This document shows, one piece after another, positions 26,328 to 38,470 of a DNA stretch of 64,000 nucleotides. The number at the start of each line of letters is the position of its first letter. The first letter of the stretch is position 1. Below the pieces are notes generated by a model, which was not told the DNA's origin, did not search any database, and was given only the letters and a program-made list of their open reading frames with translations. This DNA comes from Lama glama (Eukaryota): the NCBI GenBank assembly GCA_028534125.1, contig CM052816.1, positions 64,978,001-65,042,000 on the forward strand. The letters are read 5' to 3'. Made by a program: the position numbers and the translations under genes.

Positions 26328-26609
26328 AGGTACCATTTAGGTGATAGGATGGAGAGATGCCGGGTCTCACAGATGACTGGTGTGTTATTTCAAGCATGTA
26401 TTAGATAAATCATTCTCAACCATTTTGGAGTTCCTGACTCTCTCCTCAGAAAGATGCACACATATTAACCTTCTGAGTTCAGTTTCAGGGGCCTCAGGAC
26501 CTCCTGCATCCGTCCGTGGGCATACAGCTCCCAGGTGGAGAATTTGTGTGATAAGGCTGTCTGTCCACCACTGTTTCTTACAAAGTGGGATTTGGTATAA
26601 ATTGAGGGA

Positions 26610-26870
26610 AGGATGAAGGAAAAGACACTGGGCTTTCGGTCCTTACACTTGGGCTTTTATTCCAGCCCTTTCATTGACTTGCTCCTTGTTTGCGGATAAA
26701 GTACAAACCCTCTACATTGTAATTTCTTGGATGGTAAAATGTAGATTCAAATCCTGTCCTTTCTTTCTCCAAGGGAATGGTGAAATTGAAAAAAAAAAAA
26801 AAAGGAAGTGAACATGCTTAGAAAAGTGATAACTTGCTCCTCAGAGGTAGTCGATGAATATTTGTTAGAT
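26610..26870 (+). mobile_element. MIR (degenerate, with internal A-run)
   Basis: actgggctttcggtc...gtaatttcttggatggtaaaatg...atgcttagaaaagtg. Confidence 0.45.
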
Positions 26871-27815
26871 TAATTGCTAGCTGTATTATCCATTTGGGGA
26901 TTGCTTGATTAGGTAGCCCAAACCTTTAAGGGAAAGTTTTTGCCCATAAAACAACTCTGGGACATGGGCCCCAGGGAAAGAGTGCCCAGGAGTATAAGCA
27001 TGAAAAGGAGAGTGCAGGACAGTGTTACCTTTTGACTCCCTTATCCTTAGTTTTGTACTCAGTTTTGAACTGGGAGAAACAGTAGCCTGCAAAGATTGGT
27101 ATCAGTTTATACCAAAGCAAAACTCTGCTCACTAGCATGAGGACTTGGAAGCAATATACATAGAAATCCCACAAAATATAAAAACACGTAGACACTGGCT
27201 TCAGCATTGGCGTCATTGGGTAGAAAGTCTGTTTACATTCGTTCTTATGAGGTTGGCAAAACGTTTTGATTAGCAACTCCTTGGCTGCCTGCAGTGGGTC
27301 TGAAAATATGAAATGCCACATAGACAGCAGACCTGACTTCTGAGCAGGGCGTTCCAAGATTCCTTCTTGGCTTTCCGCTGTGACAGATCACACTGTGACT
27401 GGATTTGTAGATTTCTACCATCTTAGGTGAAAGGACCCCAGCCTTGGTTAGGGTAAAACCCAAAACACAGGTGATGGAAGGCAACACCAATGTTAAAACC
27501 TTCAACAAGGAAGATCCAGTGTGGCGGTTTTCCTTCCCATTGTGGAACTATATGGATAGGGAGGGGCAGGGGAGTAAAAGCAGAAATCACATCCGGATGG
27601 ATTGAGGCAATTTAGTTTTCATCAGACATGGTGACAGTGATCAATGAATCACAAAATCTCAGATCTCAGTTGCCCAGCACAAACTGTGTCATAGGATAAA
27701 AATATCTGCAATGTGCTCGGTTTTCACATCAATGTAAGTAGTCAATTTTGGCTGAACAAAATGGCCTTTAGAAATAGTTCATCACCTCTTTCTCCTTTTT
27801 ATCTTCTACTGTCTC

Positions 27816-27857
27816 CAAAAAAAAACCAAAAACCAAAAACCAAAAAACAAAAAACCC
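27816..27857. repeat. A-rich (AAAAAC/AAAAACC)n simple repeat
   Basis: aaaaaaaaaccaaaaaccaaaaaccaaaaaacaaaaaaccc. Confidence 0.85.
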
Positions 27858-28499
27858 ACCCCAGAATCTGAATTTAGTCCTTCTTCAGGTTTGGGTACAT
27901 TTGCATGTAATAAATTGCTTATGATGAATCCAGTGACAGTGATGGGCAGGACTGTCCCTACCCCACGCTGTATTGACTTTCTGTCCTTCAGCGTTAAAGC
28001 TGGTGGGAGTCCCATGCAGGGACAGCTCAGCTGGGGCACAGATGCAGGTGACCTTGAGGGGCATGCAAAGCAGGTCTTAAGAGGGTAATTATAACACTTG
28101 TTTCTTCTTTCTAGGGGTTCCTAAATGGGTCCAGTGTGAAGGCAGCTCATTTGTCAGGTGCATGAAAAAGCCTGAATGCGAGAGCTTGTAATGTGATCAC
28201 AAAATACTTGTGAGTAAATATGTAGAAGATTTTTTTCTCAGGGGCTCCTCATCAAGATCTCTTAAGCATTAGGTTCCCTTTAAGAAAATCAATGCCAATA
28301 AAGGGGCACATAATGAAAGAAGCTGAGGCAGAATAATTGATTTATAGCCCATATGTAGGGAAAAATATCCCTAAAATTGTGTTAGACAAGCACGCACTAA
28401 AGGGAGAATTGCTATTTTCCCCCCAGTTTTCCCTTTTGCTCTGTTTCGTTTGCCATATTAATTGGAGACAAGATTATTTATCCTATATGCTATCTAGAC

Positions 28500-30025
28500 C
28501 TTTCAGAAAATCTTTGGCATTTTCCCAGTTGTTCCTCTTCCTTGTGTTGGGCTGTGTGCTAGGGAAACAGAAATAAATTAGGCCCAGTCCTCACGTGTCA
28601 GGAGCTCCCACTCTGACAGGCTGGCCCAACCAGGAGGACCAGTCCCTACTGTGCAGTTGGTAAGAGAGACAGTTGACAAGGCGGGGCAGTGGCACGGGGG
28701 CAAGTGATCAACTTAGGGGCAAGGGACTGAGGGGAGGCTTGAGATCTTGCGATGGGGAGGGCTGCGAGCTGTATCTTACTGAAAAAAGGTTGGTATTCCA
28801 GGTAGGTGGGAAGAGGGTTGGGTTATTCCAAGAAGAGGGAATCGGACACACAGAGGTGGAGATAGCATTGTGTGTTTAGGGAACCATTGGTAGGTTGGTA
28901 AGACTGGAGCACACGAGGGTTAAACAGGAAGCCTGGGAAGTGATGAAGGAAGAGCAGGAGACAGATCAGGAATGTCCCATAGGCTGCGTGGAGGCACTTG
29001 CATTTTATCTAAAGCCTCTGGGAGCCTTGGAAGCCACTATTCCTGTGCAAGCCAGCAATTACAAGTCTCAGAGACTGGAAGTTTGCAAAAATCCAGGGAG
29101 GCAGGTCCAAAGTCGGGGGGGTGGGCTGGCGCCCTCGGCAGCAGCCCTGAAACAGTGATGGATGACGCCTCAGCTTCCTTGCTCCTGGGTGGGGCAGACC
29201 TGCAGCACTTAGCATCTCCCAGAGCCCCCCTGGGGTAGAACCCCATTGCTCACAGCAGTTCTCTGCTCATTTCCACAGCAGTGTTGCCTTCTTTCCCATC
29301 CCTGCCACTCTTCCATGCCCCACTGTATGTGCTTCCTGGGGCCACTTCTTCAGTAACTCCTCGCACTTAAATTGTTAGCTCAGAACCCAAACTAAGGCAG
29401 TTTTTTGGCATGAGGAGAAACACGGTGATGAAGATGGACTCTGGATGGTTTTCAGGAGCACAGGAGCGAGAGGGGAGGACTGGAGAGCAATTTAGAACGT
29501 ATAATTCATAGAAATGACAACTTTGCTGGATGTATCCTGAGAGGAAGGGAGGGAGTCTCCAGTGAGTCAAGGCAGGGCCTTATTGAATGCATTAAGCGAG
29601 ATAAGGAATACAGGATGAGGAATAGAATTTTTGGTGAAATATAAGGGATTTGGACTTGAGTATGTGGAGTTTGAGGTATTGGCATGGGCAGTGTGGAGCT
29701 TAAGGGAAAGAACCAGCTCGGAGCCCCCAGCACTGAAGCCAGGCATCACCTCCTCATCAGTAACGGAAGCTGTGGAGTGAGGGGTGAGGGTAGTGTGGGA
29801 AAACCCAGCACGAGTGGGACTCTGGGGGACCATCCTTGCACAAGCGCGTTAATGAGGAGGACCTGCTAAAAAGAAGGAGCAAAAGAGCCAAGGGAATGAT
29901 GGTATAGAAGCTAAGAGAGGAAAAGGGTCAGGAGAGGGAGAAAAAAATGGAGAGCTTTCGTGAGGTAAGACTTTACGTTGCCATTGGATTTGGACATCGG
30001 TGGTGGTCACTGGTGTCTTTAGAAA
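28500..30025 (-). mobile_element. L2 (fragmented, interrupted by an LTR16-like element)
   Basis: Purine-rich antisense L2 phrases (gggctgtgtgctaggg, cttgcattttatctaaag, gagtatgtggagtttgagg, gccattggatttggacatcggtggtggtcactggtg). Confidence 0.65.
29035..29399 (+). mobile_element. ERVL LTR16-like LTR
   Basis: 3' end ccattgctcacagcag...cttctttcccatccctgccactc...cttcctgggg...aacccaaactaaggca resembles the LTR16/33 terminus. Confidence 0.6.
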
Positions 30026-30459
30026 GCTTGTGTTAATTTGGATCGATTAGAGAGGCTGGAGAGGTTTTCCCCTCCTTAAAAAAAATCTGATTTTGTTACT
30101 TGGAAAATAGTTCAACAATAAATACCTAGAAGAGGGATTGTCTTAATAAATAAAAAAGAGTAAGTTCTAACTATCGATGAATGTGATTTCAGTTAGCATA
30201 CCTAAGGATGCAGCCCTCTATTTGGGTGATTTGTGTGAAGTTAAATATTTACAAAGCTGCAAGTTTGTGTGCTAACTGGGTAAGGATTTTCCTTCTAAGC
30301 CAGTTGTTAATGTTTTCTTTTAAGTTGTTCCTACTTCTGTTTTATCACAGATTTCAATTTTATGTTGCCTAAAAAATGAGGCTTAATCCTTTAGTTGGTG
30401 CTCCTCTGAATTTTGAATAACAATTTTATTTTCTGTATTCTATTTAGTTACTTGTTAAG

Positions 30460-30700
30460 AATTTAATCTCTGGAGTTAGACTGGCTAAGTATTAGAGCGA
30501 CTCCACCACTTACTCTCTAAGGTCCCTGGGGTGCGGGGGGTGGTGATACTTTACTTCTCTGCACCTCAGTTTCCACATCTGTGAAGTGGAGATGATAATA
30601 CACCTCACAGTGTTCTCAGTCCCGAGGGAGTGAATTCAAGTAATGCACTTAAAAACATGTCTGGCACAGAGTACAGGCCAAGTACCTTTTAGTATTGAAA
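30460..30700 (+). mobile_element. MIR SINE
   Basis: tctggagttagact...cctcagtttccacatctgtgaagtggagatgataata...tctggcacagagta. Confidence 0.8.
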
Positions 30701-30754
30701 TACTATTTGTTAGTATTTTTTCTATTTATTATTTGTCACTATTATTAACAATTG

Positions 30755-30935
30755 GGAGACAGCATGGTGTAGAATTATGATTGGATGAGAAAACAGAAGG
30801 CTGGGGTCTGTTCTCAGCTTTTCTGTCAGTTCTGTGGGCTGAGACAAGTCCACTCACTTCTCTGAGCTCGCTTTCTTCATCTGTAAAAGAAGGAGCTTGG
30901 AATAGAAGATCCTTGCCGGTCTTGAGCTTAATATT
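30755..30935 (+). mobile_element. MIR/MIR3 fragment
   Basis: gacagcatggtgtag...cacttctctgagctcgctttcttcatctgtaaaa. Confidence 0.65.
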
Positions 30936-31573
30936 CTGGAAGCCTACCTTTCGCTTTCGGTGGTGGTGGAGGGGGATAGCTCATTTGCACAGCAGTCTTA
31001 GCTGTAGCTTTTTCCTTGAGGGGAGATAAACGGGCAAAAGGGGAAATTTGAAAACCTATCAACTAGGCAAATGCCTTTGGAAAGTGTGCCGAATGTTTTG
31101 GTTTATTTTCGTATAATTCCTTCCTTGGGCTGAAATATAAAAATCAGTTGCCTATATTCTATTTGGATGGCTTATCTTTTTTTTAAGTATATCCAGTTAT
31201 TTTTCATTTTTTGCCTTTTTTATATCTCTTATAGAAAAATTTAAAAAAGTTTTCATATATCCACTTCACTTGTTGATGCTGTTATCTGTACAAAACCAGC
31301 CCACTTAAATGAATTATTTTTTGGCACTTCAAAGATGGCATGTGTAAATAAAGTAATAGTTACATTATGTGCTGTTTTCTTGTACCTTAGCACATTTTTG
31401 AGATCTGAAAATTGGTCTCTATTCTTATTCTGCACTCATTCCAATGATTGTTTCCTCTGATGAGTTATTTTTCATGTGCACACATGGGGGAGCTTTTGAG
31501 ACACTGGTTTGAATGCTATACTTCCATGGCTTTCTCAACGACTTGAGTCTGAGGTGATGGAGTGGAGTTCTCC

Positions 31574-32073
31574 NNNNNNNNNNNNNNNNNNNNNNNNNNN
31601 NNNNNNNNNNNNNNNNNNNNNNNNNNNNNNNNNNNNNNNNNNNNNNNNNNNNNNNNNNNNNNNNNNNNNNNNNNNNNNNNNNNNNNNNNNNNNNNNNNNN
31701 NNNNNNNNNNNNNNNNNNNNNNNNNNNNNNNNNNNNNNNNNNNNNNNNNNNNNNNNNNNNNNNNNNNNNNNNNNNNNNNNNNNNNNNNNNNNNNNNNNNN
31801 NNNNNNNNNNNNNNNNNNNNNNNNNNNNNNNNNNNNNNNNNNNNNNNNNNNNNNNNNNNNNNNNNNNNNNNNNNNNNNNNNNNNNNNNNNNNNNNNNNNN
31901 NNNNNNNNNNNNNNNNNNNNNNNNNNNNNNNNNNNNNNNNNNNNNNNNNNNNNNNNNNNNNNNNNNNNNNNNNNNNNNNNNNNNNNNNNNNNNNNNNNNN
32001 NNNNNNNNNNNNNNNNNNNNNNNNNNNNNNNNNNNNNNNNNNNNNNNNNNNNNNNNNNNNNNNNNNNNNNNNN
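31574..32073. other. Assembly gap (500 N)
   Basis: Run of N. Confidence 1.
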
Positions 32074-32434
32074 TATAGTATTGTCTGAAGTCTGGGAGAG
32101 TTATTCCTCCAGCCTCTTTCCTTCTCTTCAGTAATGCTTTGGCAATTCTGGGTCTTTGATGGTCCCATATAAATTTTATTATGAATTGTTCTAGCTCTGT
32201 GAAATATGTCCTGGGTAATTTGATAGGGATTGCATTAAATCTGCAGATTGCCTTGGGCAGTGTGACCATTTTAACAATATTGATTCTTCCAATCCAAGAG
32301 CATGAGATATCTTTCCATTTTTTAAAGTCTTCTTTAATTTCCTTCATCAATGGTTTATAATTTTCTGTGTATAATTCTTTCACCTCCTTGGTTAGATTTA
32401 TTCCTAGCTATTTTATTACTTTGAGTGCTATTTT
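32074..32434 (-). mobile_element. Young 5'-truncated LINE-1, ORF2p (end of RT/thumb region) fragment running into the gap
   Basis: Translates as [82 protein letters not shown]...[13 protein letters not shown], characteristic L1 ORF2p. Confidence 0.95.
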
Positions 32435-32655
32435 ACACAATTTATACCTATATTTGAATATTTGGTAATTTCAACTTTTTATTATAAGTAGTATTGTTAT
32501 GAACATCTTTTTGCAAAAATGACTGAACTTCAGATTTTTCCCTAAGCTATATTTTTAAGACAGGATAAATTTATAAAAGTTCAATTACTGAGCCAAGGGA
32601 GTAAGTATGTTCAAAATCTTGAAATATACTACCAAATTGTTTTCCAGAATAACTC
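32435..32655 (-). mobile_element. Ancient L1ME-like 3' fragment
   Basis: tgttatgaacatctttt...tttttccctaagctatattttt...attactgagccaaggg...taccaaattgttttccagaa. Confidence 0.6.
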
Positions 32656-33389
32656 AAATGTCTTTATTAATAAAATCACTGAAGTACTTCTGAAATACAT
32701 TCATTGTCACCTAACAAAGCTGTTTGCTTTTAAAAAAAAATCAAGCTCATATTTATTGAGGAAAATACAAAGTTATTAGTTTAATTAAGAACTTTAAATT
32801 TAAGGCTATTGTTTTCTTACTTTTCCTTTTCTTCTAGATTGTAAAATCTTACAAGGACAAAGAAATAAAAGAATACATATACAACATGAATGGGTTTGTA
32901 ATAGATTTTTAAATCTGCCAGGAAGAATTTTCCCCTTTTCATCAAAGTCATAGTAATGATGAATCATCTTTTTCATTTGTCTTATTCCTACTGCCCTTTC
33001 TAAGGGAAATTCATCTAGCATATCCTCCATGTGTTGAGTGGCCCTGACAGTACAGAGTATGTGAGAACATGTGGATCCTGCTTGTGACATGCTAAGCCAA
33101 GCTGCAGAAAGTAATCTGTTGACATTCAGAAAGCAGTAGGCAGAAAGGAACACTACAATTTTCTCTCTACATTCACCTGCAGAGTTTTAGAAGAGTATTC
33201 AGATCCTGTTCTCTGATATCGCAAAGTATCATGATTTACTGCCTCTTTAAAAAATGACAGGAAAATTTGTTCAGTCCATTTCCCATGGTTTTGCAAAATC
33301 GAGGGCAAATTGCCACCCTGATATTCATTGCTGTGCCCAACCCACTGGGTAGCAGCCATGACTCACGGGGAGATATTAAGCAACACTCA

Positions 33390-33545
33390 CGAGGTAGGAA
33401 ACAGGAGGTATATCACCTGGCCTCCGCTCTACCACTAATGCTGACATCTGAGATACTCCCAGAATCCCAGTGTCTTAGTTTTCACATCTGTAAAATAAAA
33501 CAGTCTGGGCTGAAGGAGACAAACACCCTTTTGTGTTCTAACATG
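33390..33545 (+). mobile_element. MIR/MIR3 fragment
   Basis: ctggcctccgctctaccactaa...gtcttagttttcacatctgtaaaataa. Confidence 0.6.
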
Positions 33546-34482
33546 GTTTCAGTGAGTCCTATTAAAGCATTGTTTTTAAATGCTAATTAAGTATCCCTCC
33601 ATTTTTCTATATCCCAGTCTCCCTTATCAATAAAATTTCAATAATGGTATTCTACCAATTTCAGGAATGACATGATGTAGACTAATTATATAAGTCATTA
33701 ATTCATTCCACCAACATGCATTTCTTGGCAACATTCCAGTCCTGGGCTTGAAGCAATGAACTAAAAGGAAATCCCTGCCCCCTTAGAGCTAATATTCTGA
33801 ATTGTAAACATATGTCATACTTCTCAGCCTTTTTGCCCTAAAGAATGGAAAGACATCCCATACACAAGTATTCTCTGAAAACAGAATCTCTAATTCTATT
33901 TTGCTAAGATTCAAACTTAGAAGCCATTAGAAGAAATATTCCAAGTGATATTAATTATAATATAGATATAACAGGGTATCTTCAAGGGAAGTTTCCCAGG
34001 CTATATAGAAATTAATAACTAAATCCTAATACCACCAAGTAAATTTAAAATCAAATAGGTAAGCTAGGGTACAGAGTGGAGCACAGCACAACAGGAAAAA
34101 GTTGAATTCAATAGGATACTGCCATGGTAAATACTAGTGATAACACCAAATAAGAAGCAAATTGCTCTTTTTCTCATAGGCAGGTCGTATTCCAATGCAC
34201 TGTGTCTCAGCCACTGAGTGCATCTGACTTCAAGTGCTAGAAAAATTAACCTTAATTAAGCTGAGGGAACCCCTGCATAGATGTTTTTATATCAATTGAA
34301 TACGCCTAAGGAAAATTAAAACTCAAAGAACTGAAATAAAACTGATGTAACTTATGTCACCATTGCTAATTAAAATTGAGGCTTTTCCAATTATAATGAA
34401 TAAAATTAGAACTTACAATCACTGACCTCACATTTAAGGAAAATCAAATTGAGATCATACATGTTTCTCAAGGTAGCAAATA

Positions 34483-34516
34483 GTTTTTCTTTTTTTTCTT
34501 TTTTTTTTTTTTTTTG
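34483..34516. repeat. Poly(T) tract
   Basis: Read directly from sequence. Confidence 0.9.
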
Positions 34517-35574
34517 TATTTGCAGCCTTCAGCATAGGGCAGATTTAAAGATCAGAATCATGTCACTTTACACTGTTGACATTTACCATCTAAGGCAGAG
34601 CTAAAAGATTTCATTTCAAGCCAAAGTTCAAGGATGCAAATACCAACTGAATGACTTACAAGGGCTAGGAAAAGGCAAGCTAGCTCCTCCTGAAATTTAT
34701 AAATATGGTCTCTAAATGAAAGCTCCAAATGATGAACATGATGTTTCCTCAGATCGTTCAGTCCAGCATAGCCTGAAGGATCCTGATGTCTCTTTTTATA
34801 ATAAGAAGTATCTGAATCCTCTAGCTTTTTAAGGGTTCTTTCTTCTTCATCTTTTGCACATTAAAATTCAGGTGGCTTTCAAGTAAAATCTTAAGGGTTG
34901 CAAAAGTACACAGGCCTGTACAGTACTGAGCGAGGCCAAGGGTGGCTTGGGAAGCAGTTGTGTATTATTTATTTAAAAAAAACTTGAATGCCCCCCACAG
35001 ACATTCAAATAACAATGTCAGTGAACAGATTGCCAACCAGTTGGGCCTAGGTTGTGAACCACTCAAATAAGCCTCCTAAGTAGGTTACAGAGTCATTCCT
35101 GGAGATTGTAAGGAAGGATTCCAAACAGCACCATCTGTTAGAACTACTACCCTGAAAGTACTACACTGGCCGATTATCACTTAGAGCACCATGGGAGTTC
35201 CCGCCACCTGTGTTGGAACAACTTGGCTACAATCCATAGTCACATCCTGGCTCTAGCTTTGTAAACCACGGCTTCAGTTCAAGCTCATTCAGTCGGAGTC
35301 CTGAGATACCAGATACCCAGAGGTGTGACTATGTGTCTTCCCACAGATGATTCCTGGAGTCGTCATACTGGACGAGCCTTAGAGCCCTCCTCAGCAGGCC
35401 CTTTCCTGGTGGGACCCCAGCTTCCACTCATATCTGTCTCACCTCTCCAGGCCAGGAGTCCTCTACTCATGCCTCCCACTCAGACAGCGACTGAGGCAGG
35501 CCAGCCACACCCCCTTTGTCACTCCCCTGCACTGGCTACCTCCTGGGCCATTCCTGGCAAGGGGTATAACCATA

Positions 35575-35835
35575 GTGTTTACTGGTGCCCCGCAGGTCAC
35601 ATAAATGAGTGAAAAGCGAACCAGACATAAGGTATCAGAATTGTGTGGTTGGGAGGCAGCAGACACAGTCTGCATCTAAAGAGGGCAGTCACCCCTCAGC
35701 CCCAGGAGGTCGTCAACGTGCAGGAATGCACAATGGGTGCTGCCAAATGGCCTGTCTTCAAGTGTAGATGAAATCAACTACTTTTCAAATGTTGGGCTTT
35801 TTTTTTCTTCAACTGTTTTGGGACAAGCAAAACAT
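35575..35835 (+). mobile_element. MER102-like hAT-Charlie element
   Basis: caggtcacataaatgagtgaa...tctaaagagggcagtcacccctcagccccag...gtgctgccaaat...ttttcaaatgttgg. Confidence 0.65.
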
Positions 35836-35890
35836 CATAATTTAGGCTTTTTATAGTAGTCTTTATTCAGGTTTGGGATTCTACTATAAA

Positions 35891-35990
35891 GTAATTAGGT
35901 TTATTTATTTATTTAGCAAAGTTACTGGGCATTGAACCTGAGACCTCATGCATACTAGGGATGCACTCTACCACTGAGCCTACCCTCCCC
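35891..35990 (-). mobile_element. tRNA-derived SINE (camelid Vic-1 type)
   Basis: Reverse complement ggggagggtaggctcagtggtagagtgcatccctagtatgcatgaggtctcaggttcaatgcccag...aaataaataaataaacctaattac; Pol III A/B boxes; homologous to the copy at 63578. Confidence 0.85.
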
Positions 35991-36427
35991 TCTATAGTTC
36001 TAAAAACATCTTCAGACACTTACCCATGACTGTGACCTCCAAAAGCTTCCTACTCTGTTTCCTCTTCTCAGAACTTTTCCAGAGCTTCAGGAAGTGTGGG
36101 CATTTGTCTAAGGGCATTAGTCAAACTAGTTTCACAGGCAGTGTGCCAAAGAATGCCCGCTTACACCTGCTGTTGTATCAATCAATTCACTTCTTCACCA
36201 GGCAGATAAAAGGGTGCAAGGTGCCACTGCTGATCTCACTCAGCTGTGTGTGTATGTGTGGTCAGGCATTCTCGGCAGTTTCTCTAGAAACAGCCTCAGC
36301 TTTTGAATCACTCAGAAGTAAAGGCAAGAAACTCCATTTGTGGTGGTAGAAAAAAGGGCCTCCACTCAAAGCCAAAAGGCCATGGTCAACAAAAGCACAG
36401 GCTCTAAGCTCTGTCTGGCTCAGCCTC

Positions 36428-36914
36428 TGTGGCAGTGATTATGAATTGCCTTCCAAATATCCACTTTCTCCTTCTTTAGTAACAGAACCCCCATTTTTAG
36501 GTAGGCATATTGCTGCTCCACCAAGCAGACTACATTTCCCAGCCTCCCTTGCAGCTCAGTGAGGTCACGTGACCAAATTCTGGCCAGTGAGATGTAAGAG
36601 GAAGTATTGTAAGGGCCTCTGGGAAGGAAGGGCCTTCTGCCCTTCCTGCTGGCTGGAATGTGGAGGTGATATCAGGAACTCCAGCAGCTACCTTGGATCT
36701 TGAGTTGAGTTTGAAAAGGGAAGCCCTACATTTAGAAAATGGATAACAGAAATAGAAGGAAATCAGGCTCATGATGGTGTTCTAGAATTGCCATGACAGC
36801 TCCAGATTCTCTACTTTTAGACCTCTTTTAACATGAGAAATCAAACTTTTGTGTATTTAACCACTATTTGGAAAGAAATCTGTATTATTTGTAGCTGAAT
36901 TCTTAAGCAGTATA
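36428..36914 (+). mobile_element. MLT1J-like LTR
   Basis: tgtggcag start; gactacatttcccagcctcccttgcagct...gaccaaattctggccagtgagatgtaag...ccagcagctaccttgga. Confidence 0.8.
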
Positions 36915-37824
36915 GTCTCTCCTCTTCCCTGGCCCATCTTTGCTCCACCCAATCTTTTTATCCCCTTTATACTCCTATTCTCTTGTGATTTCAATTCTCT
37001 TCTATGTTCAGAATTTTTCTATCACTCTTCTACCTTAATCAATACATGCCACTTTTACTGATAATAAAAATTCTCTCCCAAGGCATGGGAGAAATCTTCC
37101 TCTTCTGCCTGTCTATTCAGCTTAGCAAGGCTCACAGTTACTTAACAGATGTACTTCTCTCCTCTCTCTGGAGACTAAAGGGAATGTACAGTCCCTCAGG
37201 TATAGAAGTGGTGCTGCTAACTCATCACCACTAAAGCATCTTGAGAAAGTATTTTTTGCTACTTTCTACTGTCTCCTTCTCTCTCTTCTCAAAGATGGGC
37301 AGTATGTGTAGGCAGAGTGGAAGAGTAAAGGCTGAGGCCATGAAACAGAGTAAAACTAAATGTCCCACCTGGTAACAGGACCCACTGCTTTGGCCTCTGA
37401 TTAGCACTGTGCCTTAACCCATATAAGTAAGCAGCATTAGACATCGGCTAGAATAATGGTATGCTCAGTCTCTAGTTTGAATGATAGGACCCTGGAGGCA
37501 AAACATTTCCTGTGGTGATCCTGCACTTTTGCCTGCTCTTGCTTTTCTAACTTAAATAACTCAATTTTGTTGAGCTTCAAAGTACAGTTCAAGGGAACTG
37601 TTTTATAATTTAAGTTAATGGGCCTGGGGATATCACCAATGTGATTCATCGATTATAGGAAAAATATGAAGTACGTGTAAACATTCTACAAAGGGTTTGA
37701 AAAAAGACTCGATTATAATTATATTTGCGACTATTTCTACTGGCACTTCCACAATTTTTCATGAAATAATACAATGGCCAATGAGTCGATTCTGGAAAAT
37801 TTGGGAGGAAGTACATGGCCCAGT

Positions 37825-38470
37825 GGGCTCTTGGTCATGGTAAAGGTAAAGAAAATAGACTCTCCCTAGCTATTTTAAGAAAAACATCTTCTACAGATAA
37901 TTAAATGACTTATAAAACTGCTGGGGAAGGCTGAAGAAATACATCTAAGCTGAACCTTCAGAAATAATTCCCAGATCTCACCACAGAACTGGGCCACCAG
38001 AAGAACCACCACCTCCTCTGTGATCAGCTATCTGCCACCTCAGGATGCTGCCAGTTCTGTGACCACAGTGCCCACCACAATTAGGAAGCAAACACAAACA
38101 GGAAGACAGCTGCATCATGAAATTAATATGGTCAAGGGGCTACTCAACCTGCTGCTGACCCAGCTGCTGACCCAGCTGCTGACCCAGCTGCCACTGCTAT
38201 CTGTTTCCAAATCATACAGTGCCTGCTATGTTCTTCCCCAGCACAACTGACACCCACATCCTGCCTCTTAACACTCACCCAGCTAGTGACTGGTCCCCGG
38301 GACTTGTGCTCTTGCTGAGAGCAAAGCAACAAAACATCTCACAGTCATTCACTACCTTATCTCCAAGGAAGTCTGAGAAATTGTTTTGTAACTTTCCAGG
38401 TTTTGTCAGATGAAAGGATATACCAGTAAGGGGTTGCAGTGGACGTTGAGAGACAATCTACCATATCTCC
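37825..38470 (-). mobile_element. Old ERVL-MaLR LTR (MLT1L/N2-like)
   Basis: Antisense MLT1 terminus (aaaatagactctccctagctattttaagaaaaa) and tgactggtcccc...aaggaagtctgagaaa; similar layout to the element at 18645. Confidence 0.5.
38151..38191. repeat. 12-bp tandem repeat (GCTGCTGACCCA) x3.4, perfect
   Basis: Read directly from sequence. Confidence 0.95.

Noticed and set aside
38020..38332. ORFs with LLTQ / AAGS peptide repeats
   Set aside because: Translation of the 12-bp tandem repeat within an LTR
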